Below, piece by piece: positions 6,466 to 15,795 of a DNA stretch of 30,771 nucleotides. The translations under genes and the position numbers were made by a program. Each line of letters opens with the position of its first letter. The first letter of the stretch is position 1. Under the pieces are notes generated by a model. It made no database searches. It had not been told where the DNA came from and was given only the letters and a program-made list of their open reading frames with translations. This stretch comes from a virus (taxonomy: Duplodnaviria; Caudoviricetes). The stretch lies in IMG/VR virus record IMGVR_UViG_3300049136_000127, positions 1-30,771 of that record; one strand, 5' to 3'.

Positions 6466-6950
6466 TGGCAGGCAACGGCCCCGCCCCGAGCGACCGCAAG
6501 GTACGGCGCAACAAGGACACCATCCCGCAGACCGTGCTCAGGTGGGAGCGCGCCGAGGCGCCCGAGCTGCCCGAGTTCCGCATCGAGCGCGACGGCGAAC
6601 TCGTCGAGTTCGTGTGGCCCGAGCGCACCCGCGAGTGGTGGCAGATGTGGATCGACTCGCCGCAGGCCGAGCACTTCGGGTCGTCCGACTGGCAGTACCT
6701 ACTCGACACAGCACTGATCCACGCCCGGCTGTGGCGGGGCGACCTGTCGGCGGCCGCCGAGCTGCGGCTGCGGGTCGCGGCGTTCGGGGCGACGCCCGCG
6801 GACCGGGCCCGGCTGCGGATGGTGTTCGCCGAGGCGGACGGCGCCGACGGCGGCAGCGGCCGGTCGGGTGGGCCGAGCGCACGTGAGCGATACGGGAACC
6901 TGCGGCCGCTGCCCGGTGGTAAGGCGGCGGGCGGCAGCAAGGGCGCGTAG
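6465..6950 (+). CDS. terS: Terminase small subunit (actinophage type)
   Basis: MAGNGPAP..., WPERTREWW...SPQA...DWQYLLDTALIH...AAELRLRVAAFGATPADRARLR; directly upstream of TerL. Confidence 0.85.
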   Translation: MAGNGPAPSDRKVRRNKDTIPQTVLRWERAEAPELPEFRIERDGELVEFVWPERTREWWQMWIDSPQAEHFGSSDWQYLLDTALIHARLWRGDLSAAAELRLRVAAFGATPADRARLRMVFAEADGADGGSGRSGGPSARERYGNLRPLPGGKAAGGSKGA

Positions 6951-6965
6951 CTTCGGGGGTTCGTC

Positions 6966-8642
6966 ATGCCGTGGCGTGGCCCGGAGTACGAGGGAGAGTT
7001 TCCGACGCTCGGGTACTACGTCCTCGATTGGATGATCGAGAATCTCGCGCAGCCCGGCCGGGACGACGGCGAGCCGTTCGTTCCGACCGCCGAGCAGGCC
7101 GAGTTTCTGCTGCGGTACTACCAGGTCGACCCGCGCACCGGCCGGCGGGTGATTCACCGGGCGCTGCTGTCGCGGCCGCGCGGTTGGGGCAAGTCGCCGT
7201 TCGTCGGGGCGATCGCGCTCGCCGAGGCGTGCGCCGATGTCGTCGCCGATGGGTTCGACGCCGACGGCGAGCCGGTCGGCCGGCCGTGGCACTCGCTGCG
7301 TACGCCGCTCGTGCGTATCGCCGCGGTGACCGAGGATCAGACCGACAACACGTGGATCCCGCTGCGGGAGATGGCTCGCGGCGGGTCGCTGTCGACCGAC
7401 TATGGGCTCGAAGTCCTCGACACGGTCATCTATCTGCCGCGCGGGGAGATCTCCCCGATCACGTCGAGCGCGACCTCGGCGAAAGGCGACCCTGCCTGTT
7501 TCGCGTCGCTCGACCAGACAGAGGAATGGACCGCGACGAACGGCGGCGTGCGCCTCGCGAAAGTGATGCGGTTCAACGCCGCGAAACTCGGCGGGTCGCT
7601 GATCGAGACGCCGAACGCGTTCACCCCGGGTATGAGCAGCGTCGCGGAGCAGTCGGCCGCCGACTATCAGGCGATCCTCGACGGCCGGTCACGGGCGCGG
7701 GGCATCCTGGTCGACCACCGGGAGGCGCCGCCGGATACGGACATGACCGACGAGCGGTCGCTCGTCGCTGGGCTGCGGTACGCCTACGGCTGCAGCTCGG
7801 ATCATCCCGACGGGTGCGTGCTGCACGACCCGCCGTGCGAACCCGGCTGGTCACCGATCGAGCGGCTCACCTCCGAGTTCTACGACACGTCGAATGACGT
7901 GCAGGATCTCCGGGCCGACTTCCTGAACCAAATCACTCACGCCAGTGACGCATGGTTGACCGAGCCCGAGGTGCGCGCGTCGTCCGACCTCGGCAAGACC
8001 GTCGAGCCGGGCGACCGGATCGTGCTCGGGTTCGACGGCTCGCGGAAACGGGCCCGGGGCGTCACGGACGCGACCGCGTTGATCGGCTGCCGGCTCAGCG
8101 ACGGGCATCTGTTCACGCTCGGCGTGTGGGAGCAGCCCGAGCGGATGCCGGTCGGCCCGGACGGCGAACCGGTCGAGTGGCAGGTGCCGGTCGTCGAGGT
8201 GCTCGCCGCGGTGCACGAGGCGTTCGCGACGTACGACGTCGTCGGCATGTACGCCGACCCCGCCAAGTGGGAAAGCCACGTCGCGGACTGGGAAGCGGCG
8301 TACGGGCCGCGGCTCAAGGTGCAGGCGACCCGGAACCATCCGATCGAGTGGTGGATGACCGGCGGCCGCAGCACGTTGATCGTGCGGGCGCTGGAGAAGT
8401 TCCATACCGCGCTGGTCGAGGGCGAGTTGACGCACGACGGGTCGAGCGCACTCGTGCGGCATCTGGTCAACGCGCGCCGCCGACCGAGCAAATCGGGCCT
8501 GCAGATCGGCAAGGCGCACCCCGACAGCCCGAAGAAGATCGACGCCGCGGTCGCGGCCGTGTTGGCGTGGCAGTGCCGGCTCGACGCGATCGCGAAGGGC
8601 GTCGCGGCGGTCGAGGAAGAGATGTACGGCGGCACGTTCTGA
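6966..8642 (+). CDS. terL: Terminase large subunit
   Basis: Walker A RPRGWGKS; Walker B-like FASLDQ; RNase H-like nuclease LGFDGS...DATAL...KIDAAVA. Confidence 0.95.
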   Translation: MPWRGPEYEGEFPTLGYYVLDWMIENLAQPGRDDGEPFVPTAEQAEFLLRYYQVDPRTGRRVIHRALLSRPRGWGKSPFVGAIALAEACADVVADGFDADGEPVGRPWHSLRTPLVRIAAVTEDQTDNTWIPLREMARGGSLSTDYGLEVLDTVIYLPRGEISPITSSATSAKGDPACFASLDQTEEWTATNGGVRLAKVMRFNAAKLGGSLIETPNAFTPGMSSVAEQSAADYQAILDGRSRARGILVDHREAPPDTDMTDERSLVAGLRYAYGCSSDHPDGCVLHDPPCEPGWSPIERLTSEFYDTSNDVQDLRADFLNQITHASDAWLTEPEVRASSDLGKTVEPGDRIVLGFDGSRKRARGVTDATALIGCRLSDGHLFTLGVWEQPERMPVGPDGEPVEWQVPVVEVLAAVHEAFATYDVVGMYADPAKWESHVADWEAAYGPRLKVQATRNHPIEWWMTGGRSTLIVRALEKFHTALVEGELTHDGSSALVRHLVNARRRPSKSGLQIGKAHPDSPKKIDAAVAAVLAWQCRLDAIAKGVAAVEEEMYGGTF

Positions 8643-8658
8643 CGAGAGAGGGGGCGAC

Positions 8659-10095
8659 ATGCTCGACGAGACGCCCGAGCTCGACAACCCGGATTACATG
8701 CTGCTGCGCCTCGGGCGTCAGCTTCGTAAGCGCGCGGGTGTTCTCGACGAGTGGTGGCGGTACTACCGGGGCCGGCCGCCGCTGCCGATGCTGCCGAAGA
8801 ACGCCGAGGCGGCGTTCTTGGAGTTCCAACGCAAGGCCAGGACGAACTTTTGCGGCGTGATCGCGAACTCGACGGTGCACCGGCTGCGCGCCATCGGCGT
8901 GACCGGCCGGGACGGCGAGCCGGACGCGAACGCGTCGCGGTGGTGGCAGTTGAACCGGCTCGACTCGCGGCAGAAACTCGTCTGGCGGGTCGCGATGGCG
9001 CAGTCGGTCGGGTACATGCTCGTCGGCGAGCATCCGACCCGGACCGAGGACAACAGCCGCCCGTCGCCGCTGATCACGGCCGAGCATCCGCGCGAGGCGA
9101 TCGTCGAGCGGGACCCGGCGACCGGCGAACCGCGCGTCGGGGTGCGGGCGATACACGACGACATCGACGGCCACGGCTATGCGTGGGTGCTGTACGACGA
9201 CGTGACGTACGCGTACCGGACGCGCGAGCGGTGCACGCCGACCCGGCTGCCGTGGGGCCCGGACTCGTGGGAGCCGCTCGACGACGGCGTCGAGCATGAC
9301 CTTGGCGGGGTGCCCCTGGTCGAGTTCGCGCGTATGCCCGATCTCGGCGAGGATCCCGAGCCCGAGTTTGCCGTCGCCATGGACATTCAGGACCGCGTCA
9401 ACATGGGCGTACTCAACCGCATGGCTGCGTCGCGGTACTCCGGGTTCCGGCAGAAGACGGTCACGGGGCACAAGTTCGCGAAGCGCACCGATCCGGCGAC
9501 CGGGCTCACGGTCGTCGAGCAGCCGTTCGTCCCCGGGCCCAACAACGTGTGGGTGTCCGAGGGCGAGAACGCCAAGTTCGGGCAGCTCGACGCGACCGAC
9601 CTGACCGGGTTCCTCAAGGAACACGCGTCGGACGTGCGCGACATGCTGATCGTCAGCCAGACACCCGCGTACTACTACGCCGGTGACCTCGTCAACATCG
9701 CCGCGGACACCGTGGCGGCGCTCGACATCATGCACGTTGCGAAGTGCCGTGAGCACATCGCCGCGTTCGGCGAGGGGCTCGAAGACGTGATGACCCTCGC
9801 GGCGCGGCAGGCTGGCGTCGAGGACGACTACACGGAGGCCGTCGTCCGGTGGGCGCGGCCCGAGTACCTGTCGCCGGCGGTGCGCGCGGACGCGGCGACG
9901 AAACTCAAGTCGGTCGGGTATCCGCTGGACATCATCGCCGAGGACCTCGACGAGTCGCCCGAGCGGGTGCGCCGGATCAACGCGAGCGCCGCGGCGGCCG
10001 CGCTGCTCGGCGCCTCGCTGCTGCCGGCCAACCCGGCGCCGACTGCGGGCAACACGCTGCCCGTCGACGACGGAGGGGTCGGCGGTGGCGAGTGA
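8659..10095 (+). CDS. Portal protein (SPP1 gp6-like)
   Basis: 478 aa after TerL; YYRG, RTNFCGVI, HDLGGVPLVEF, AKFGQLD motifs. Confidence 0.92.
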   Translation: MLDETPELDNPDYMLLRLGRQLRKRAGVLDEWWRYYRGRPPLPMLPKNAEAAFLEFQRKARTNFCGVIANSTVHRLRAIGVTGRDGEPDANASRWWQLNRLDSRQKLVWRVAMAQSVGYMLVGEHPTRTEDNSRPSPLITAEHPREAIVERDPATGEPRVGVRAIHDDIDGHGYAWVLYDDVTYAYRTRERCTPTRLPWGPDSWEPLDDGVEHDLGGVPLVEFARMPDLGEDPEPEFAVAMDIQDRVNMGVLNRMAASRYSGFRQKTVTGHKFAKRTDPATGLTVVEQPFVPGPNNVWVSEGENAKFGQLDATDLTGFLKEHASDVRDMLIVSQTPAYYYAGDLVNIAADTVAALDIMHVAKCREHIAAFGEGLEDVMTLAARQAGVEDDYTEAVVRWARPEYLSPAVRADAATKLKSVGYPLDIIAEDLDESPERVRRINASAAAAALLGASLLPANPAPTAGNTLPVDDGGVGGGE

Positions 10096-10891
10096 GGCGT
10101 TGCAGGCGGCGCTCGCCGAGCGGTACGACTCGCTGTCGGCGTCGCTGCGGGATCGGCTGATCATGTTCGTGCTGTCGGCGTTCGACTCGCTCACGTCGTA
10201 CCGCGACGCCGACGCGGCCGAGTTCCTCGACCGGGTGCTGCCGGTTGTGCTCGCCGCACAGCAGACGATGGGGCAGATCACGGACGCGTACCTGTCGGCG
10301 CTGCTCGCTGACATGCTCGGCACCGCGGAGGCCCCAGGCGGGGTACGGCTCGCCGAGGATCTGCGCGGCGTGCCGCCCGACGAGGTGTATCACCGGCCGT
10401 TCGTCACCGCGTACACCGCCCTGAGCCAAGGTAAGGCGCTCGGCGAGGCGGTCGGCGAGGCGCGTACGCGACTGCTATCGATCACGGAAACCGACTTGCA
10501 ACTCGCCCGGACACATGCGGCGCAGCAGTCGATGACCCGGGGCGGCGCGCAGTTCTTCCGGCGCCGCCTGTCGGGCTCGAAGAACTGCGCGTTGTGCGTG
10601 ATCGCGTCGACGCAGCGATACCGGGTTGAGAACTTGATGCCGATCCATCCCGGCTGCCACTGCAAGCCCGAGCCGCTCGTCGGAAAGCGGGACCCGGGGC
10701 AGGTCATCGACGAGTCGTTGCTGCGCGAGGCGCACGACGCCGTCGCGAAAGGCGTCGGAAAGTCCGACGCGGGCGGCCGGGCGCCGGACTACCGCGAGGT
10801 CATCATCACGCGGCAGCACGGCGAGTACGGGCCACTGCTCGCGGTCCGACGCCACGACTTCACGAGCAAGGACGACTTGCCGGGCTCGTGA
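10085..10891 (+). CDS. MuF-like minor capsid / head maturation protein
   Basis: Position after portal; CALC...PIHPGCHC motif. Confidence 0.75.
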   Translation: MASEALQAALAERYDSLSASLRDRLIMFVLSAFDSLTSYRDADAAEFLDRVLPVVLAAQQTMGQITDAYLSALLADMLGTAEAPGGVRLAEDLRGVPPDEVYHRPFVTAYTALSQGKALGEAVGEARTRLLSITETDLQLARTHAAQQSMTRGGAQFFRRRLSGSKNCALCVIASTQRYRVENLMPIHPGCHCKPEPLVGKRDPGQVIDESLLREAHDAVAKGVGKSDAGGRAPDYREVIITRQHGEYGPLLAVRRHDFTSKDDLPGS

Positions 10892-10895
10892 TCCC

Positions 10896-10945
10896 TGCGC
10901 CGACACGGCGCACCCCTACACGCTCACCCCACCCCGACACGGGAG
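10896..10945 (+). promoter_or_regulatory. Twin CCG-ACA-CGG hairpins, the second overlapping the scaffold SD
   Basis: TGCGCCG-ACA-CGGCGCA (10896-10912) and CCCG-ACA-CGGG (10933-10943), SD GGGAG. Confidence 0.6.
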
Positions 10946-10951
10946 ACACAC

Positions 10952-11704
10952 ATGCACGCGCGCACTCTGCCTCGCCATGCCCGTACCGGGCTGCTCGCCG
11001 TCGGCTGGCGCAAGCCGCGCCCCGGCGAGGACCCGGCCGAGCTGTACCCGGTCTGGCCGATCCTCGGCGGCGGCCCGGACGACGGCGGCGACGACGACGG
11101 CGACCAGGACGACGACGCCGACGACTCCGACACGGACGACGGCGACGACGACGAGGGCGACGAGGAGCCTGACGCCAAGGCCGAGGCTGAGAAGTACAAG
11201 GCGCTCATGCGGAAGTGGCAGGAGCGGGCGAAGGGCAACGCGGCCGCCGCGAAGGAACTCGCCAAGCTCAAGCGCGAGGGCATGAGCGAGGTCGAGAAGA
11301 AGGTCGACGAGGCGGTCGCCGCCGCGCGCGCCGAGGAGCGCGTCAAGTCCGGCGTACGCGTCGCTCGATCGACGTTCCTCGCGGCCGCCAAGGGTCGGAT
11401 CCCTGACCCTAAGGAAGTCGTCGAGGACATCAACCTGAAGAAGTACGTCGACGAGGACGGCGAGGTCGATGACGACGCGATCGCCGCGCTCGTCGACAAG
11501 CTCGCCCCCAGGTCCGACAAGGACACCGACGAGGACGACGACACCGACGAGCGCGACACGCGCCGCCGTCGTCGCCCCGGAAGCGGCTACCAGGGATCCC
11601 GCAACGGGACCGGCCGCAGCAAGAGCAAGCGAGGCGCGGCCAACGGCGACGAACTGTTCGAAGAACTGTTCGGCCGCAAGCCGCGCACGACTTCACAGAC
11701 CTAG
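10952..11704 (+). CDS. Capsid scaffolding protein
   Basis: Acidic low-complexity tract, coiled coil (KYKALMRKWQERAK), YVDEDGEVDDDAI; upstream of capsid genes. Confidence 0.85.
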   Translation: MHARTLPRHARTGLLAVGWRKPRPGEDPAELYPVWPILGGGPDDGGDDDGDQDDDADDSDTDDGDDDEGDEEPDAKAEAEKYKALMRKWQERAKGNAAAAKELAKLKREGMSEVEKKVDEAVAAARAEERVKSGVRVARSTFLAAAKGRIPDPKEVVEDINLKKYVDEDGEVDDDAIAALVDKLAPRSDKDTDEDDDTDERDTRRRRRPGSGYQGSRNGTGRSKSKRGAANGDELFEELFGRKPRTTSQT

Positions 11705-11714
11705 GAGATAGGCC

Positions 11715-12104
11715 ATGGACCTGAGTCTGACGACTCAGACGTTCGGGGCGGACGATCAGTCGTGGCTCGGCAGCATGCACGGCACGCAGGCCACCGAGTC
11801 CGTCACCCTCGACACGTCGACGTTCACCGCTGGGACGCACTACCCCGACGGGTATTTCAAGAGCGGCATCCCGCTCGGCAAGATCACCGCGGGTGGCAAG
11901 TACGGCCCGTACGACGGGGCCGCGACCGACGGCAGGCAGACCCTCGTCGGGTTCCTGTTCGCCGCAGTCAAGGCGCCCGCGTCGAACACGGTCGACGTCG
12001 CCGGCGCGATGCTCGTGCACGGCAAGGTGCGCAGCTCGCGCCTGCCGGTCCCTGTCGACGCCGCCGGGCAGGCCGACGTCGCCGGTTCGATCCGGTTCAT
12101 CTGA
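11715..12104 (+). CDS. Head decoration protein (lambda gpD-like position)
   Basis: DQSWLGS.HG...SGIPLGKITAGGKYGPYD...DGRQ...GFLF; between scaffold and capsid. Confidence 0.8.
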   Translation: MDLSLTTQTFGADDQSWLGSMHGTQATESVTLDTSTFTAGTHYPDGYFKSGIPLGKITAGGKYGPYDGAATDGRQTLVGFLFAAVKAPASNTVDVAGAMLVHGKVRSSRLPVPVDAAGQADVAGSIRFI

Positions 12105-12119
12105 GAGGGGGTGGCGTAG

Positions 12120-13175
12120 ATGGCATGGGTTCTCGACACCGAGTACATCGAGCCCGAGGAACTGACCGCGGTGATCCGCCGTTCGCTCGCCGAGCAGCAG
12201 ATCAACACGTTCACGCTGGGCCGGTGGCTGCCGAACGTGACGATCGACGACGTCACGTTCGAGTACAACAAGGGCGGCACGGGCGGGCTCGCCGAGGCGA
12301 GCGTCTACCGGTCGTGGGACGCCGAGTCGCGGATCGCCCGGCGCGAGGGTGTCTCGAAGGTCATGGGCGAACTGCCCCCGATCAGCGAGGCGATCCCGCT
12401 CAACGAGTACGACCGGCTGCGGATCCGCAACCTCGACGACAACAACCCGGTGCGCCGGGCGATCGCGCGGGACGCGTACCGGCTCGCGACGAACATCGCG
12501 GCGCGGTTCGAGGTCGGTAAGGGCGAGGCGCTCGCGAACGCGCAGTTCACGATCAACGAAAACGAGGTCGTGCTGCCGCCGGTCGACTTCGGCAGGAAGC
12601 CCGAGCACTCGGTCACGGCGGCGGTGCTGTGGTCGGATCACGCGAACGCGCGGCCGCTCGACGACCTCGAAGCGTGGGTGTTGGTGTACGTCGACACGAA
12701 CGGCGCCCCGCAGGACCGGATGCTGATGCCGCGTACGGTGCTCGCGCACATGAGGCAGTGCGATCAGGTCGTGCGGCAGGTGTACCCGCTCGCCCCGGCC
12801 GGCTCGTCGCCGATGGTGTCGGTCGAGCAGCTGAACTCGGTGCTGAGCAGCCTCGATCTTCCGTCGATCGAGCTGAACGACGCGCGCGTCAGCGTCGACG
12901 GCACCCCGACGCGGATCCTGCCGGCCGACGCGCTCGTGTTCGTGCCCGCCCCGGGCGAGACGGAGGCCGCGCAGCCGACGGATCTCGGCGGGTTCCTGCT
13001 CGGGACGACTGCCGAGTCCCTCGAACCGGAGTACAGCGCGGTCGACGGCCGGGCCGGTGTGGTCGCGGCCACGTGGAAGACGAAGAACCCGGTCCGGCTG
13101 TGGACGCACGCGGCGGCGGTTGGCATGCCGGTCGTGCGTGAGCCGAACCTGACGCTCAAGGCGAAGGTGATCTGA
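12120..13175 (+). CDS. Major capsid protein (lambda E-like family)
   Basis: 351 aa after the decoration protein; ELPPIS...LNEYDRL, VDFGR, W..P..DL pattern. Confidence 0.9.
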   Translation: MAWVLDTEYIEPEELTAVIRRSLAEQQINTFTLGRWLPNVTIDDVTFEYNKGGTGGLAEASVYRSWDAESRIARREGVSKVMGELPPISEAIPLNEYDRLRIRNLDDNNPVRRAIARDAYRLATNIAARFEVGKGEALANAQFTINENEVVLPPVDFGRKPEHSVTAAVLWSDHANARPLDDLEAWVLVYVDTNGAPQDRMLMPRTVLAHMRQCDQVVRQVYPLAPAGSSPMVSVEQLNSVLSSLDLPSIELNDARVSVDGTPTRILPADALVFVPAPGETEAAQPTDLGGFLLGTTAESLEPEYSAVDGRAGVVAATWKTKNPVRLWTHAAAVGMPVVREPNLTLKAKVI

Positions 13176-13516
13176 TGGCTCGACTGAACGCGTACGTGAC
13201 CGTCGACGGGCAGTGGTACGGGCCCGACGACGAGGTACCCGCCGACGTCGCGAATCGGATCGGCGCGCACGCGTGGGACGACGACGGCGGCCAGGACGAC
13301 GGTGGCGAGCCAGCCGACGTCGGGTTCGACGACTCCGGCGCCCAGCAGTCGCCCACGGGCGCGGGCGAGGCGCCGCCCCGGTCGGGCCGCGGCTCGGGCA
13401 TCGACGCGTGGCGGCGGTTCGCCGAGCAGAACGGCGTCGGTATCGACTCGGACATGAGCCGCGAGGAGATCATCGCGGCCGCCGAGGACGCTGGCCTGGT
13501 CGAGCGGGAGGCGTAG
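13175..13516 (+). CDS. Small head-associated protein with a C-terminal helical domain
   Basis: TGATG overlap with capsid; PPRSGRGSGIDAWRRFA...SREEIIAA. Confidence 0.7.
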   Translation: MARLNAYVTVDGQWYGPDDEVPADVANRIGAHAWDDDGGQDDGGEPADVGFDDSGAQQSPTGAGEAPPRSGRGSGIDAWRRFAEQNGVGIDSDMSREEIIAAAEDAGLVEREA

Positions 13517-13519
13517 GGC

Positions 13520-13933
13520 ATGGCGGCGTTCGCGACCGTGCAGGACTACACCGATCGCGTCGCCGTCACCCTGCCCGAGGGCAGTCCGAAGCGCCGGCAG
13601 GTCGAGGCGTACCTCGACGACGCGTCGGCGCTCATGCGGCGGCACATTCCGGCCGGGTACGAGCCGGACCCGGCCACGCTCAAGGCGGTCGCCGTGTCGG
13701 TCGTGCGCCGGGTCATGGCGAACCCGGGCGGATACAGGCAGAGGACGATCGGCCAGTACTCCGAGACGCTCGGCGAGGACGGCGGGCTGTACCTGACAGC
13801 CGAGGAGATCGCGCAACTGCAGCCCGAGGACAACACCGACCCGGGCGCCGACGCGGCGTACTCGCTCGGGCTGGCCGATCACGGGCTGCCGGGGTGGCAG
13901 CCGGACCCGGTCGAGTACGGGCGGTGGCTGTGA
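13520..13933 (+). CDS. Head-to-tail adaptor
   Basis: FATVQD...YLDDASAL...VVRRVMANPGG...TIGQYS...GLYLT pattern and position. Confidence 0.8.
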   Translation: MAAFATVQDYTDRVAVTLPEGSPKRRQVEAYLDDASALMRRHIPAGYEPDPATLKAVAVSVVRRVMANPGGYRQRTIGQYSETLGEDGGLYLTAEEIAQLQPEDNTDPGADAAYSLGLADHGLPGWQPDPVEYGRWL

Positions 13934-14283
13934 TTCCCGACGACGTGCTGCCGCACCTCGTGGACGTCGAGCACCCCGGTACCCGAACCGACCGCTACAG
14001 CAACGAGGTCGCCGACTGGTCGGCGTCGACACGGGCCGAGGTCGCCGCGTGGCTGCAGCAGAACACGGCCGGCGAGGACTCCGACCAGCGCGACGCGCAG
14101 ATCGGCGAGTGGCTCATGATCTGCAACCCGGTCACCGCCGACGGGCAGCCGCTCACGGTGTACGGCGCCGACCGCGTGCACTGGCAGGGACTCGCGTTCG
14201 AGGTGCTCGGCCCGCCCGGACCGGCATACACCCCGGTCGAGTTGCACCACTACGAGATACGACTCAAGAGCGTCGAGGGGTGA
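13930..14283 (+). CDS. Head-to-tail stopper
   Basis: GTG 13930 overlapping the upstream stop; DRYSN..DW...DRV.W.G..FEV.G.P...HH.E..LK.VEG. Confidence 0.8.
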   Translation: MIPDDVLPHLVDVEHPGTRTDRYSNEVADWSASTRAEVAAWLQQNTAGEDSDQRDAQIGEWLMICNPVTADGQPLTVYGADRVHWQGLAFEVLGPPGPAYTPVELHHYEIRLKSVEG

Positions 14284-14287
14284 CGTC

Positions 14288-14557
14288 ATGGCTCGTTCAC
14301 GGATCGTCCCCAACCGACAGGGGATCGTGTCGTTCCTACGCGCCCCCGAGACACGGGCGCTGATCGAGCGGAAAACCAAGGCGGTCGCCGACGCGGCCGC
14401 CTCGGCATCCGAAGCTGGCGGGCAGTTTCGGGTCGACGTCGAGACCGGCGACCGCCGGGTGCGCGGTGCCGTGATCGGCGACTACTCGACCAACGACCCC
14501 GAGGTGTCGCGGCGGGCGCTGCTGCGAGCCCTCGACGCCGCACGGACGGCCGAGTGA
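14288..14557 (+). CDS. Neck/tail-completion protein (HK97 gp10-like position)
   Basis: 89 aa between stopper and terminator; ends RALLRALDAAR. Confidence 0.7.
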   Translation: MARSRIVPNRQGIVSFLRAPETRALIERKTKAVADAAASASEAGGQFRVDVETGDRRVRGAVIGDYSTNDPEVSRRALLRALDAARTAE

Positions 14558-14964
14558 TGGCCGCGCCCGTCGGGTTCCCGGACGGCGTCGCCGTCGTGCG
14601 GGCGTACCTGCGCGAGCAGCTCGTCGCCCGCGGCACCGACGTGCCGGTCGGCACCCGCGTGCCCGAGCAGCGGCCGCCGCGGTTCGTGCGCCTCGAACGA
14701 GTCGGCGGCATGCGCGTCGACCTGGTCACCGACCGGCCCCGGATCGACGTGCAGTGCTGGGGCGACAGCGAGGAGTCGGCGCACGATCTCGCGCAGCTCG
14801 CCCGCGCGCTGCTGCTCGCGATGCCGGGATGGCGCGGCGCCGTCGCGTACGACGTCGCCGAGGTCGGCGGACCGAACACGCTCCCCGATCCGGCGTCGGG
14901 GCAGCCGCGGGTCGTGTTCGCCGTCGAGGTGTCGCTGCGCGGCCGCGCGCTCGACGCCCCCTGA
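14557..14964 (+). CDS. Tail terminator protein
   Basis: VGTRVP..RP.RFVRLERVGG...DRPRIDVQCWG...A.DLA; directly before the major tail gene (alternative GTG 14554). Confidence 0.8.
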   Translation: MAAPVGFPDGVAVVRAYLREQLVARGTDVPVGTRVPEQRPPRFVRLERVGGMRVDLVTDRPRIDVQCWGDSEESAHDLAQLARALLLAMPGWRGAVAYDVAEVGGPNTLPDPASGQPRVVFAVEVSLRGRALDAP

Positions 14965-15040
14965 TCACCGCTCACCCGTCAACAGACAGCGCCCCCGGAC
15001 CGCTCGCGGCCGGGGGTTTCCCACGGAGGGACACAGCAGC

Positions 15041-15691
15041 ATGACCACACCCCCGCCCCCGGTGTCGCTCGAAACCGGGCTGCACACCGAGTACATCCGT
15101 AAGCAGCTCGTACAGGCGATCTTCGCCGCCGACTACTCGACCGCAGCGATCACGGCGCCGTTCAACACGACCGACGGCACGCTGTCGGCGGTGCCCGCCG
15201 GATACGTGCCGGTCGGGTACACGACCGACGACGGGATCACGTTCCCGTCCGATCTCAGCATGTCCGACGTGACGTCGTCGCAGTCGGTCGAGCCGACCCG
15301 CTCGGACGTCGAGTCGGACATCCTGTCGGCGTCGTTCGCGCCGCAGGAGACGAACGCCGCGACGGTCGCCCTGTACGAGGGGCTGCCGCTGTCCGGTGAG
15401 GGCGCGCTGCCCGCCATGGGTACGGCGTGGCAGTGGGACCGGGCCGCGAGCCTGGCGAACCCGTTCCGCCGGCTGCTGTTCATCGGGCTCGACTACGGCG
15501 ACGACGGCGGTGAGATCTACGTGATCAAGTTCTTCCCGCGGGCCCGGCTCACGAGCCGCGACGACGAGCAGTGGGCGCGCTCGACCGAGACGCAGCGCCC
15601 GGTGACGTTCAACGCGTACCGCGACAGCGACCTAGGCACGTCGTGCCGGAACTGGGTCGACGGCCCCGGGTGGCGCACGCTCGGCGCGTAG
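15041..15691 (+). CDS. Major tail (tube) protein
   Basis: PVGYTTDDGITF...PTRSD...FFPRA...PVTFNAY.D motif; 216 aa; SD GGAGG. Confidence 0.88.
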   Translation: MTTPPPPVSLETGLHTEYIRKQLVQAIFAADYSTAAITAPFNTTDGTLSAVPAGYVPVGYTTDDGITFPSDLSMSDVTSSQSVEPTRSDVESDILSASFAPQETNAATVALYEGLPLSGEGALPAMGTAWQWDRAASLANPFRRLLFIGLDYGDDGGEIYVIKFFPRARLTSRDDEQWARSTETQRPVTFNAYRDSDLGTSCRNWVDGPGWRTLGA

Positions 15692-15703
15692 CAACCCCTG
15701 ATC

Positions 15704-15765
15704 GGGCGAGGGGCGGCGGTTCTGGGTGAGCCCCGACCGCCCCTCGCCCCCTTGCATGCTCACCC
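15704..15765 (+). promoter_or_regulatory. Putative H-type pseudoknot between the major tail and chaperone genes
   Basis: Stem 1 15704-15716/15737-15749 (13 bp); loop GGGTGAGC 15724-15731 complementary to GCTCACCC 15758-15765. Confidence 0.5.
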
Positions 15766-15795
15766 GCTGCTCGCCCGAGAAAGAGAGACACGATC

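Noticed and set aside
11075-11170. GAC-rich trinucleotide repeats
   Set aside because: Explained by the poly-acidic tract of the scaffold protein
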